Translations under genes and position numbers: made by a program
Origin: Candidatus Altimarinota bacterium
GTDB taxonomy: Bacteria > Patescibacteriota > Gracilibacteria > 1-14-2-50-48-13
NCBI GenBank assembly: GCA_046314355.1
Contig: JBKBWQ010000001.1
Location: forward strand, 1,248,001 to 1,312,000
Reading direction: 5' to 3'
DNA: 64,000 nt
The notes under the pieces: model-generated
The model's input: the letters and a program-made list of their open reading frames with translations, nothing else
The model's database searches: none
Told to the model about the DNA's origin: nothing
In this document: positions 8,708-18,133 of the stretch, one piece after another
Layout of the letters: each line of letters begins with the position of its first letter
How positions within the stretch are numbered: position 1 is the first letter of the stretch

Positions 8708-10906
8708 ATGGACAAAATGCCTTCGTCTCCCCAGGACGATCAGAAACAGAAGATGATAAAGAATGCATCTATAGTAGGAGGGTTTATTGCGGTTACTCTT
8801 GCAGGATCCATATTATTCAGCGGAATGAGTGGATCAGTCTTTCAAGCAAGTCTTTTAGGCAGCACTACTCCAAAGCCATTTGATGGGACAGTCCTTCCTA
8901 TTCAGAAAACGGCAAATTGGGTAAAACTTACTAGTAGTCAGTACACAAATTTTAAGAATGGTTCATTTACCTATGAACAGGCTGGGGCAGTAAATCAGCT
9001 TATTGATATACCTAAATATGATTCGGCAGCTCTCGCTAATGATCCTGCTAAACTTAGCTGGAAAGGATCAGATCTCGATATCCGGAATACTCTTTTGACA
9101 TATGTGACTGCATATATGGGAGCATATACGAGTGGATCAGCACCTGCTATCGAAAATGCAGGAAGCCATTTGGCTGTTGATATCCGTGCTCCAAAAGGAA
9201 CTCCGATCTTCTCAATTGCTAACGGAAAAGTCACTAAAGTAAAAAATGATAAAACAGACGGAGGTGTAATAGTTATCGAATATTCAAATGTTCCATCTGT
9301 AGAGGATCCAAAGGTAACTACTACCTACTATGCAAGTTATCTCCATATGGATACGGTAGCAGTATCAGAGGGGCAGGTAGTAGATAAGGGAGCTCAGATT
9401 GGTACTGTAGGAAATACAGGTATTGCCACTACATATCATCTACATCTTCAGCTCGATAGAAAGGAAGCGCCATTCCATCCATACTGGCCATATACACTTA
9501 CAGAAGCTAAGGCAGCAGGTCTTGATTTCGTTACTGGTGTAGATAATGGGCTTGGTAAGGATAAGGGTATCCAATATACGGTTAATCCATATAAATGGAT
9601 CTACTCAAATCTTAATGGAACTTCTTCCACAAGTACTGGAACAACATCTACATCCTCTGGTGTAAGAAATGCTTCTACAAATACAGCGCCTGCCTCTACA
9701 GCAGGTGCTGCTCCTACTCTCAGCAAACTCCAGGTAAGTTCGACAGATACAAGTATTACTGCAGGGAATATTGCAACTATCACTGTGACGGCTCTTGATA
9801 CGACAGAGAAGCCTATAGATACTTTTACAACACCAGTAAGTATTTCTGCTTCTCAGGGAGCGAAAGGAGTACTCTCTACCCTCTCAGCATTTCAGAAAGG
9901 AACTGCAACTTTCACGTATAAGACTTCTGATACTGAGAATGTAGCATTTACTGTTGTAAGCGGATCTGTAAGCTCCTCTATCTCACTTTCTGTGACTGAT
10001 AGAATCAAGAATCCTGTGAAGTTTGCACTTGATTATAGTTCAGCAGGAACAGTGAATACTCCGATGGATATTCAGATTAAGGCTGTAGATGAAAATAATC
10101 AGCCGACTCTTGCGGGTCTCACAGATGCTATCATAGTGGGGATGGAAGGCGGAACAGGAAATTTTTCAAAGACTATCTTAGGCTTTGCTGACTTTAAAGA
10201 TGGTGTAGCAGTGGTAACGTTTACACCAAGTTCTGCGGGAACGTATACAATCACTGCTAAGGCAGGAAATCTTGCGGGAAGCGGACCTGTGATGACTGTA
10301 CCAAGTGATGCGGTTGCTCCTACTGGAGCGTTTAGCGACGTAACGGAGGCTACTGTTCATGGTAAGGCAATCCTTTATCTTAAGCAGAAAGGAATCATCG
10401 AGGGATATTCTGATGGTACTTTTAGACCTGAAGCTGATATCAATCGTGCGGAGGGTACAAAGGTAATTCTTGCAAGTCTTGGAAGCTCACCGCTTTCACC
10501 TCTTGAGCAGACATCATTTACTGATACTGCTGCATCAGACTGGTTCAGCGGCTGGGTAGAGCTAGGTAAGTCTCTTGGAGTACTTGCTGGAAACCCTGAT
10601 GGTACCTTTACTCCTGCGAGACAGGTAAATCTTGCAGAAGCACTTAAGATAGTACTTCTTGCAAATAAGGTGGATCTCACAAATGAAACGGTATTCGAGA
10701 AACCGTACAATGATGTAGAGATTGATTCATGGTTTGCAGTGTACTTCCAGTATGCAAAGAACAAGAATCTTCTTGAGGCGGACGCGGAGGGAAATATCCG
10801 TGCAGGCCATACCCTCACACGAGGTGAAGTGGCAGAGCTCATGTACCGGTTAGTTCGAATCCAGGAAACTAATTCGGAGACTTATTCAAACGCGATAGAC
10901 GCGTAA
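8708..10906 (+). CDS. M23 metallopeptidase with Ig-like domains and C-terminal SLH repeats
   Basis: HLAVD and YLHM..HLHLQ M23 motifs; Ser/Thr linker; beta-rich repeats; three SLH motifs (FRPEADINRAE; LTRGEVAE). Confidence 0.9.
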   Translation: MDKMPSSPQDDQKQKMIKNASIVGGFIAVTLAGSILFSGMSGSVFQASLLGSTTPKPFDGTVLPIQKTANWVKLTSSQYTNFKNGSFTYEQAGAVNQLIDIPKYDSAALANDPAKLSWKGSDLDIRNTLLTYVTAYMGAYTSGSAPAIENAGSHLAVDIRAPKGTPIFSIANGKVTKVKNDKTDGGVIVIEYSNVPSVEDPKVTTTYYASYLHMDTVAVSEGQVVDKGAQIGTVGNTGIATTYHLHLQLDRKEAPFHPYWPYTLTEAKAAGLDFVTGVDNGLGKDKGIQYTVNPYKWIYSNLNGTSSTSTGTTSTSSGVRNASTNTAPASTAGAAPTLSKLQVSSTDTSITAGNIATITVTALDTTEKPIDTFTTPVSISASQGAKGVLSTLSAFQKGTATFTYKTSDTENVAFTVVSGSVSSSISLSVTDRIKNPVKFALDYSSAGTVNTPMDIQIKAVDENNQPTLAGLTDAIIVGMEGGTGNFSKTILGFADFKDGVAVVTFTPSSAGTYTITAKAGNLAGSGPVMTVPSDAVAPTGAFSDVTEATVHGKAILYLKQKGIIEGYSDGTFRPEADINRAEGTKVILASLGSSPLSPLEQTSFTDTAASDWFSGWVELGKSLGVLAGNPDGTFTPARQVNLAEALKIVLLANKVDLTNETVFEKPYNDVEIDSWFAVYFQYAKNKNLLEADAEGNIRAGHTLTRGEVAELMYRLVRIQETNSETYSNAIDA

Positions 10907-10987
10907 TCCTTTCTTTCGGAACCATAGCGGTTTACATATACAAAAATAAAAAGATCCTTTGTGTGGCTACAAGGGATTTTTTTATTG

Positions 10988-11069
10988 TGTCATTCCGGAC
11001 TTGATCCGGAATCTTCAAGGTTTAATAGACTCCAATGCTTTAAGATCCCGGGTTAAGCCCGGGATGACA
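10988..11069. repeat. GTCAT-type REPIN-like doublet
   Basis: TGTCATTCCGGACTTGATCCGGAATC...GATCCCGGGTTAAGCCCGGGATGACA: two inverted hairpins abutting the stop codon at 11070. Confidence 0.9.
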
Positions 11070-12491
11070 TTAGGAAGCATTCTCTCTTTTTAAAATAGTG
11101 AGCACTGTTTTAAGAATAACAATAATATCCTGTTTCATAGACCAGTTCTCAATATAGGAAAGCTCTACTTTGATCTCCTCTTCAAAACTAAGGGAAGATC
11201 GTCCGCTTACTTGGGCAAGTCCTGTAAGACCAGGCTTAACCGTAAGTACTCGTGAATAATGCTTGAATATTTTTTCTACCTCCGAAGGCATATGAGGTCG
11301 AGGTCCCACAAGGCTCATATCTCCCTTTAAAATATTCCAGAGCTGGGGAAGCTCATCTAGACTAGTCTTTCTAATAATCTTACCAACAGGAGTAACTCTA
11401 GGATCCTCTTTAATCTTTAAAAGTCCGCTGCGTTCACTCATACTCTCAAGAAGCTTCATATGCTCTTTTTCAGCCCCTTGTCTCATAGACTGAAACTTCA
11501 GACAGGTAAATGGTTCTCCATGAAGACCAACTCTCTTTTGTCTGAATAAGATTTGTTTAAAAGATTTCTGCTCAATCCATACTGCGATAGCAGTTCCAAG
11601 GATAAAAGGTGAAAGTAGAATGATGCCGAAGAAACTCCCCATAATATCCATGAAACGTTTCAGTACCCGCCCCCATCCGTCTAGCGGAGTGGGTTTGAGT
11701 TCGATGAGTGGAATTCCAAAATCATTATTTACGTCAATATTCAGCATTTGGACCTCCACTAGATCAGGTACAAAACGATACCGTACATGCATAATTCTGC
11801 AGAGTTCCATGACCGTATTGGCAGTACCTTCTTCTTCATTGCTGTTGGTCTGGATAATTTCATCAATATGATATTTCGTTATAGACTCCTCAAGGTCGTG
11901 TACAGTACCAAGTACTGGTAGTTTTGCTTGTTTTTCTGTAGATGCGGAAAGTACTCCTGCGATCTCGTAATGCCGTCCTTTTTTTAATTTTCTAGCAAGT
12001 TCTGCTGTGAGTTTATTATTTCCTATGAACAGTACTTTATATCTACCCACTCCGCTTCTCAAAAACATCTGTTGTACGATACGTACTAGGATACGTGCAG
12101 CAAAAATAAGAAGAGTAGCAAATATCCATCCATAGATCAGGATCAGACGTGAGAAGAAAAACTGTCTTGTGAGAAAGAATCCAACAATGACCAGCATGAC
12201 CCATGCTGTTGAAAGAAAAAGAACCTGTTTTAACTCTGATCCAAGTTTGTGAGAACTTTTGAGAGAATACATTCCATTGAAAGCGAATACCAAAGGTATT
12301 GTTGCTGCTCCTATAAATACATAATAGACAAGATAGAAATGATGATCGGGAAGCAGTCCAATATCGAGCTGAACACCTGGAATAAGATCTGTCTTTGCAC
12401 GGATAAGATACGCTGTATAAAATCCAATAGCAGCAGCCAGATAATCAAGTGGTACTTTTATAATACCGAAAAGTATTTCAGAACGTTTCAT
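11070..12491 (-). CDS. Undecaprenyl-phosphate sugar phosphotransferase (WcaJ/WbaP-like)
   Basis: N-terminal TMs; KRFMDI; KFQSMR; DPRVTPVGKIIRKTSLDELPQLWNILKGDMSLVGPRP. Likely start MKRSE at 12491. Confidence 0.93.
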   Translation of the reverse strand: MKRSEILFGIIKVPLDYLAAAIGFYTAYLIRAKTDLIPGVQLDIGLLPDHHFYLVYYVFIGAATIPLVFAFNGMYSLKSSHKLGSELKQVLFLSTAWVMLVIVGFFLTRQFFFSRLILIYGWIFATLLIFAARILVRIVQQMFLRSGVGRYKVLFIGNNKLTAELARKLKKGRHYEIAGVLSASTEKQAKLPVLGTVHDLEESITKYHIDEIIQTNSNEEEGTANTVMELCRIMHVRYRFVPDLVEVQMLNIDVNNDFGIPLIELKPTPLDGWGRVLKRFMDIMGSFFGIILLSPFILGTAIAVWIEQKSFKQILFRQKRVGLHGEPFTCLKFQSMRQGAEKEHMKLLESMSERSGLLKIKEDPRVTPVGKIIRKTSLDELPQLWNILKGDMSLVGPRPHMPSEVEKIFKHYSRVLTVKPGLTGLAQVSGRSSLSFEEEIKVELSYIENWSMKQDIIVILKTVLTILKRENAS

Positions 12492-12569
12492 AGGAAAGGT
12501 AAAAAATGCATGCGGATGTATTATAGGGAAAAAATAGAAATGGGGAAGGAAAATGGGGAAGTGAGGGGT

Positions 12570-12695
12570 GATTAGGCTCAATCATTAGGGACTCATAATT
12601 TGGGCTCAATAATTGGGCGCACATAATTAGGCTGCAGTAATTGAGCTCAATTACTTAGTGATTGAGTCCAATTATGTGAGTCCTAATTACTGAGT
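12570..12695. repeat. Degenerate ~14-bp tandem/inverted repeat (TAATTGGGCTCA-like)
   Basis: ATTAGGCTCAATC/ATTAGGGACTCAT/AATTTGGGCTCAAT/AATTGGGCGCAC..., then inverted units TGAGTCCAATTA and TGAGTCCTAATTA. Confidence 0.7.
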
Positions 12696-12697
12696 GT

Positions 12698-13206
12698 AGT
12701 TGCCTCCCTTCTATAAGCCGAGTTCTGTACATATCTTACGACATGCGATGCGAATCTCTCTTGATCCGGATTTGCACCCGGATTCTAGCGGCTGTCTACC
12801 TTTCCTTCTCCGGAAAAAGAAACGGATTGAAGGAGGATAGCCATACAGCCTTGCAGCACACAGGGTTTGCCGGCACATCCCGATCACTCGGGAGGCAATA
12901 GTGTAGCTGATTGCTCAACACCACTATTCTTTTCACCTTTAGGAGTAAACTCCAAGTATCGTCTCTGTGGCACTTTCCCTAGTCTTCACCAAGACTACAA
13001 TTGCAAGCTTCTGGGCTTGCCAGTCGTAGCCTTGGCGAAGACTGGCGGACGTTATCCGCTGTGTTCTTTTCCATGCTGCCCGGACTTTCCCCAGTGAACC
13101 ACTCACTACGTTCAATCACACTACATCTGATAATATGAGAAAACCAGCTTGCAGTGTACCTGAGCGTAGCGAATGGTTCACTGTACGCATCCGAAGGGAA
13201 GCAGAC
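12698..13206 (-). ncRNA. rnpB: RNase P RNA (bacterial type A), unusually long (~505 nt)
   Basis: Minus strand carries GGAAAGTCCGGGC, GGAAAGTGCCACAG and ACAGAACTCGGCTTA. P1 GCTTCCCTTC/GAAGGGAGGC; P2 GATGCG/CGCATC. Confidence 0.93.
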
Positions 13207-13208
13207 TT

Positions 13209-13237
13209 AGGATATAGGAGTCAGGTATGCTGGTCAA
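13209..13237 (-). promoter_or_regulatory. rnpB promoter
   Basis: TTGACC-N17-TATCCT ending a few nt before P1. Confidence 0.65.
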
Positions 13238-13342
13238 GGATTGTTCTTTTTGACAATTAAGAATTATATGTTTAAATGCTTGCGAAAGAAATATTATTCT
13301 TTTATTAGAAATTGTTTCGGCAGTACCGAAAAGGAGGAGTGT

Positions 13343-13915
13343 ATGATAATAAGACTTATGAGACATGGGGATGCGCCTAAAGGTCAGGATGGGGAAAGGC
13401 ATCTTTCCATAGAACATAGAGCATTACTGGAAGCAGGTGAAGTAGATGTTGGTATGAAGGGGGAGAATAAGTTTATCTTGCATTCTCATACTGTAAGGAC
13501 ATTTGAAACAGCTGAGGCACTTGCGAAAGGTTTGGCTTTAAAAGATGGATCTTCATTGAACATAGGACGTACAGCTTTTTTAGGAAGTGATGAAACCTTA
13601 GCAAAGATGGAATCTTTCGAAGGCTTTGAAGAGATCTATAAAAGATACTACAAGCCTGGAGAGAGTTTCGAAAAGTATCTCAAGGCATTAGAGTACTATC
13701 CTGCTTTGAAAGCATATTACGAAGAACTCGTAGATACTGCTGGTGAAATTATTCAGGAAACTGTTGATAGCAGCATCATAGATGCGGGAATTATTTTTGT
13801 ATTTCACAGTACTCTAATTGAAGGAGTGATATGGAAGATAACAGGTTCAATTGTAAAATGCCTACCAGGTATGGGTCATTATTCTATTGATACGAACACA
13901 AAAAAGCTCATATAA
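13343..13915 (+). CDS. Histidine phosphatase superfamily protein (SixA-like)
   Basis: AAGGAGG SD; LMRHGDA; SHTVRTFETA; FVFHS. Confidence 0.75.
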   Translation: MIIRLMRHGDAPKGQDGERHLSIEHRALLEAGEVDVGMKGENKFILHSHTVRTFETAEALAKGLALKDGSSLNIGRTAFLGSDETLAKMESFEGFEEIYKRYYKPGESFEKYLKALEYYPALKAYYEELVDTAGEIIQETVDSSIIDAGIIFVFHSTLIEGVIWKITGSIVKCLPGMGHYSIDTNTKKLI

Positions 13916-13953
13916 AAATAAGCATTAAAAGAGGAATTCATACTTCCTCTTTT

Positions 13954-14487
13954 TTATTTTTCCATTAATTTTTTCTCCACGATTTTATTTGCCCGCTCAA
14001 CTTTCTCAGGTTCTAGATAATCAGTAAAAAGCTTTCCATCCAAGTGATCGATCTCATGCTGTACTTCACGCGCATTTAAACCGCTAAGTCTAATCTTTTG
14101 TTTCTTTCCGCTGAGATCAAGAAATTCTACTTCGACTGCCTTTGATCTCCGTACATTGTCATAAAATCCTGGGATACTCAGACATCCTTCTTCTCCCATT
14201 TCCGTATCAACGGAGAAGGAAGTGATGACAGGATTAATCATCGGGAGGATCTTATCCTCTTCATATTCGATCTTTCCATCCTTTGCTATGAACTCCTTAA
14301 AAATCGTAATGAGAATCACGCGGAGATGTACTCCTACTTGAGGAGCTGCAAGACCAATGCCGCTTTCGTCAAGCATAGCTTCCTCCATCTTTTTTAGGAG
14401 ACGCTTAATATCTTTTGTTATCTGCAGCACAGGTTGAGATTTCTTTCTCAGAATGGCGTTTTCAGTACCAGTTTCTATATAGAGCAT
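13954..14487 (-). CDS. def: Peptide deformylase
   Basis: GIGLAAPQVG, EGCLS and QHEIDHLDG motifs. Confidence 0.97.
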   Translation of the reverse strand: MLYIETGTENAILRKKSQPVLQITKDIKRLLKKMEEAMLDESGIGLAAPQVGVHLRVILITIFKEFIAKDGKIEYEEDKILPMINPVITSFSVDTEMGEEGCLSIPGFYDNVRRSKAVEVEFLDLSGKKQKIRLSGLNAREVQHEIDHLDGKLFTDYLEPEKVERANKIVEKKLMEK

Positions 14488-14664
14488 TAAATTCAAAAAA
14501 TTGTAGGATATGGATCAATAGTATTGGATTATGGCGCGGATTGCAAATATTAAAAGAGCGAAATATAAATATTTAGTTTCTATGAAAAAAGAAATATTGA
14601 TATTAAGAAATATATTTGTAATATAACAATGTGTTATTTTGAAAATTAGGAAGGAAAAACAAAA

Positions 14665-15813
14665 ATGAAGTTAGATATACTTGATAAATATCTTGCGATT
14701 TGGGAACAGTTTATCTCTCATTATGAGTGTTATTTTGAGTTAATGGAGAAATATCAAAAATCTCCTGGAATCTTTAAAAAGATTCCTGATACAAATATTG
14801 ATCAATCTGCATTAAGAGCAATTAAAGCTCTTAATGTGCGAAAATCTCTTTTTTTCGGTTCGAAGCTGATTGACTATGCGAAGAACAGTCTATCAAAGGA
14901 ATATTATACTCATTATCATGAAAAACTTGGCCTACATGGACAGGGGAAACCAGTAACAATTGTGAGACAAATATTGGATGTTGTTCCAGATGTTGCATCA
15001 TGGTTTCTTCATTCGAAGAAGGTTTATAGTCTTTCTGGGAATTTTTTTGCTTTAATGTGTCATACTGATATTAAAGACTTTTTCTTATCAGATATCGTAT
15101 TTCCATTTGATAGCTACCTTATCGCACTACCGCTTTCGGTGCAGATTATGCAGGAACAAATTGAAATAAGTCATGTTTTATTTCAAAAATATCAACTTCT
15201 TGATGAATGGAGAATCCGAGTAGTTTTGCTGGGACCAACACTTATGAAGAAGCATGATCAGATTAAAGTTTTTGAAAAACGTTTTTCAAAAAGCTTTCAA
15301 AGTAATGATCCAACGATGTATCTCACTTATCTTGGGCAATGGATCAACGATCTCAGAATTCCTATGATTGACTTTGGAGTTGAACAGAATATCCATCTGG
15401 GAGGACTATATGATCTGATTGCGAAGGATGATAAAAATAGTGCAGATGTATTTCTGTTGGCATTTAAAGTAGCTCTTTACTTTATGTCCATGGATAATAA
15501 GACAGATGAAACGATTAAAGAGAATAAGGAACCTGCTGTTTTTTCTTTGAAAAACGGATCAATAAAAAATATACTTGTTGATCTCTTTGAAATTGATACG
15601 TCATACTCTATATCGCACTTTTCATCGAGTTCTTCGGAAAGTAAGAAAGGAGCAAGTATGATGGATCCTAGGTTTCGTAGAGGATATTTTCGTAGAAAAC
15701 CAGGTGAAGGCAAAAACCCAAATGCTGCAAAGGTGGTGCAAGTAAGACCAACCATTATAAATAAACATTTGCTCTCGGAAAAATCTCTGAAGATTTCCGA
15801 GCAGAAAATATAA
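14665..15813 (+). CDS. Hypothetical protein with C-terminal RRGYFRR basic motif
   Basis: 382-aa ORF with own promoter, SD and terminator (15820-15846). Confidence 0.8.
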   Translation: MKLDILDKYLAIWEQFISHYECYFELMEKYQKSPGIFKKIPDTNIDQSALRAIKALNVRKSLFFGSKLIDYAKNSLSKEYYTHYHEKLGLHGQGKPVTIVRQILDVVPDVASWFLHSKKVYSLSGNFFALMCHTDIKDFFLSDIVFPFDSYLIALPLSVQIMQEQIEISHVLFQKYQLLDEWRIRVVLLGPTLMKKHDQIKVFEKRFSKSFQSNDPTMYLTYLGQWINDLRIPMIDFGVEQNIHLGGLYDLIAKDDKNSADVFLLAFKVALYFMSMDNKTDETIKENKEPAVFSLKNGSIKNILVDLFEIDTSYSISHFSSSSSESKKGASMMDPRFRRGYFRRKPGEGKNPNAAKVVQVRPTIINKHLLSEKSLKISEQKI

Positions 15814-15951
15814 ACAACGAAAGATCGACTCTAGTCGGTCTTTTTTATTCTACTTAATAAGGTTCTCCATAAAGTATTTCTATACTAACTATTCAAGCAA
15901 AAACTATTCTTTTCTGCTATAATTATACGATTTCATCATTTCAATTATTTC

Positions 15952-16737
15952 ATGAAAGATCTTACTCTTACTGACGCAATTAATATTGTAGAACGCAGAC
16001 ATGTGCAGGAACCTGAACTGCAAGCTGCAAAGGATTTTTTTGACGTACATTTAAAGGAAATTGGAGCAGAGGAGTTTGAAAAAAGAGCGGAATTTCACTA
16101 TTATTTACTGACGATTATGCTCTCTCAGCATCTGCTTTATGAAAATCTTCATGTTCGGAAGCATTATGATGAGATGATATTTAACTTTAGAAAGCAGGAA
16201 CTAATACTTCTTACTGAGTTCAAGAGTTTTAAAAATACTGATAGATCAATTATTGCGATACAGCTTCGGTCCTTGTCTAAAATTTTTGAGCATTATTGTA
16301 ACTCTCTCGAGTTGGCTTATAAAAGGCTGGGATTTAGCGAGGCAGAGGAGCGTGTCTATGTGGTAAAGATGCAGTGCCGCAAGATGCATGCATATTTTAC
16401 GAAAAATACCCGCAACTGGTTATTTTATGCTCTTTTTGAACTGACTAGTAACTTTGGTTTGAGTTTTTATCGTTGGGGATCAACTCTTATGGTAATCATC
16501 TTTTCTTTTGCGGTAAGTTTTTATGTGATCGATCTTTTCTCAGTAGAAAAGATCATTAAGGATGCTACTTCCTTCAACTTTGACTATGTCTATTATAGTG
16601 TTGTGACCTTTTGTACTCTTGGTTTTGGAGATATACTTCCTCATACTACCCTCCAGAGAGTGGTTGCATGTATAGAGGTAGTGACTGGATATACGATGCT
16701 TGGAATGTTTCTGAATCTTATTCAGAAAAGAATGTAA
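15952..16737 (+). CDS. Potassium-channel-family (Ion_trans_2) pore protein with N-terminal helical domain
   Basis: TM, then YYSVVTFCTLGFGDILP selectivity filter, then TM. Confidence 0.85.
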   Translation: MKDLTLTDAINIVERRHVQEPELQAAKDFFDVHLKEIGAEEFEKRAEFHYYLLTIMLSQHLLYENLHVRKHYDEMIFNFRKQELILLTEFKSFKNTDRSIIAIQLRSLSKIFEHYCNSLELAYKRLGFSEAEERVYVVKMQCRKMHAYFTKNTRNWLFYALFELTSNFGLSFYRWGSTLMVIIFSFAVSFYVIDLFSVEKIIKDATSFNFDYVYYSVVTFCTLGFGDILPHTTLQRVVACIEVVTGYTMLGMFLNLIQKRM

Positions 16738-17013
16738 AATTCTAAATTATATAAATCTTAGATATTCTCCATTAAAACTCGCGACACCTCCTTTTTCACT
16801 TGCAGGATCATTATCAAATCTTTTACCAAAGAGTTCTCTCTTTGTCCCCATGAAAGCATTTGATGTAGGGAGATCTATTTCTTTGCGGGATTATGAATTT
16901 TTAATATTCATAACAGGAAAAGTATATATTTTATTGTATATATACATGTTAAATTAAAATGTCAACATCTCAGATTTCTACTTCTATTAAAAGTATTACA
17001 AGATCCAACGATA

Positions 17014-18111
17014 TTATGCTTCTAATCCTCTAATCTCTGCCTGGATAAACTCATCCAAATCCCCATTTAGTACATTATCCACTTGAGCTACTTCCACACC
17101 AGTCCTATGATCCTTCACCATCTTATATGGATGAAGCACATATGATCTGATCTGCTTTCCCCAGTCTACAGAAGTGACTTCTCCTTTTATACCCTGCTTC
17201 TCCCGTGCCTGCTCTTCTTGCTGAAGCTGAAAAAGTCTTGCGCGGAGAGCCATCATTGCACGATCTTTATTCTGATGCTGAGATCTCTCTACCTGGCAGG
17301 ATACGGAGATACCTGTGGGAATATGTGTAATACGAATTGCGGAGTCGGTCTTGTTTACTTTCTGCCCTCCAGCTCCCGAAGATCTGAAAGTATCTATTCG
17401 AAGATCCTTTTCGTCGATCTCGATATCATCTTTGGAGATATTTTTGATAAGCGGCATCACATCTACCAGCGCAAAGGAGGTCTGTCTTGAATCAGCAGAT
17501 TTGAAAGGAGAAAGTCTTACCAGACGATGCACTCCTTTTTCTCCTTTAAGCATCCCGTATGGGAACTGCCCATGTACTTCTAATGTTACTTTCTTTATAC
17601 CGTTTGCTCCAGCACCTTCTGAGATATCAAAGATCTCATAGGTATACTCATTTTTATCAAAGTATAGTTTATACATACGGAGCAGCATACCTGCGAAATC
17701 TTCAGCATCATCGCCACCTACACCTGAGATAATGCTGAAGAGTATAGATTCTTTATCATATGGTCCACTGAAATAGAGAAGAAACGAGGATTTTTCATAT
17801 TGAGCAAGGATGCTCTTATACTCTTCTTCGAGCATAGAAATCTCATCTTCACTGCTTTGAGAGAGCATTTCCTTTAGAGATACAATACTGCTTTGGAGAC
17901 CTTTCCAGGTATCTAAAGAGGATTTTGCTACTTTCAGCTTTTGGATAATTTCCTGCGCATATTCTTGTTTACCCCAGAAATCAGGAGCATTCATGGCGTC
18001 TTCATATTCTCGTACTTGATCCTCAAGCACCGACATATCAATCTTTGTACACGCCTGAATGATTTGAGTCTCAAGATCTGTGACTGCCTGTTCTAGCTCG
18101 TAGCGTTCCAC
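17014..18111 (-). CDS. prfB: Peptide chain release factor 2
   Basis: GVHRLVRLSPF (RF2 SPF motif); SSGAGGQKVNKTDSA; single uninterrupted ORF. Confidence 0.97.
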   Translation of the reverse strand: MERYELEQAVTDLETQIIQACTKIDMSVLEDQVREYEDAMNAPDFWGKQEYAQEIIQKLKVAKSSLDTWKGLQSSIVSLKEMLSQSSEDEISMLEEEYKSILAQYEKSSFLLYFSGPYDKESILFSIISGVGGDDAEDFAGMLLRMYKLYFDKNEYTYEIFDISEGAGANGIKKVTLEVHGQFPYGMLKGEKGVHRLVRLSPFKSADSRQTSFALVDVMPLIKNISKDDIEIDEKDLRIDTFRSSGAGGQKVNKTDSAIRITHIPTGISVSCQVERSQHQNKDRAMMALRARLFQLQQEEQAREKQGIKGEVTSVDWGKQIRSYVLHPYKMVKDHRTGVEVAQVDNVLNGDLDEFIQAEIRGLEA

Positions 18112-18133
18112 ATGATAGAGTAAAAAAGTAAGG

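Noticed and set aside
10845-10870. GTTCGAATCC tRNA T-loop-like motif
   Set aside because: Lies inside a CDS with no cloverleaf around it.
12492-12581. N-terminal extension of the sugar transferase
   Set aside because: Low-complexity translation of a purine-rich repeat; MKRSE at 12491 is the more plausible start.
12570-12695. Possible CRISPR array
   Set aside because: Units are ~14 bp, degenerate and lack unique spacers; no cas genes in the window.
12867-13097. 76-aa ORF, and ORF 13178-13417
   Set aside because: They overlap the RNase P RNA gene, its promoter and the phosphatase gene.
16750-16915. Possible small minus-strand gene downstream of prfB
   Set aside because: The ATG frame stops after six codons and no family motif is recognisable.
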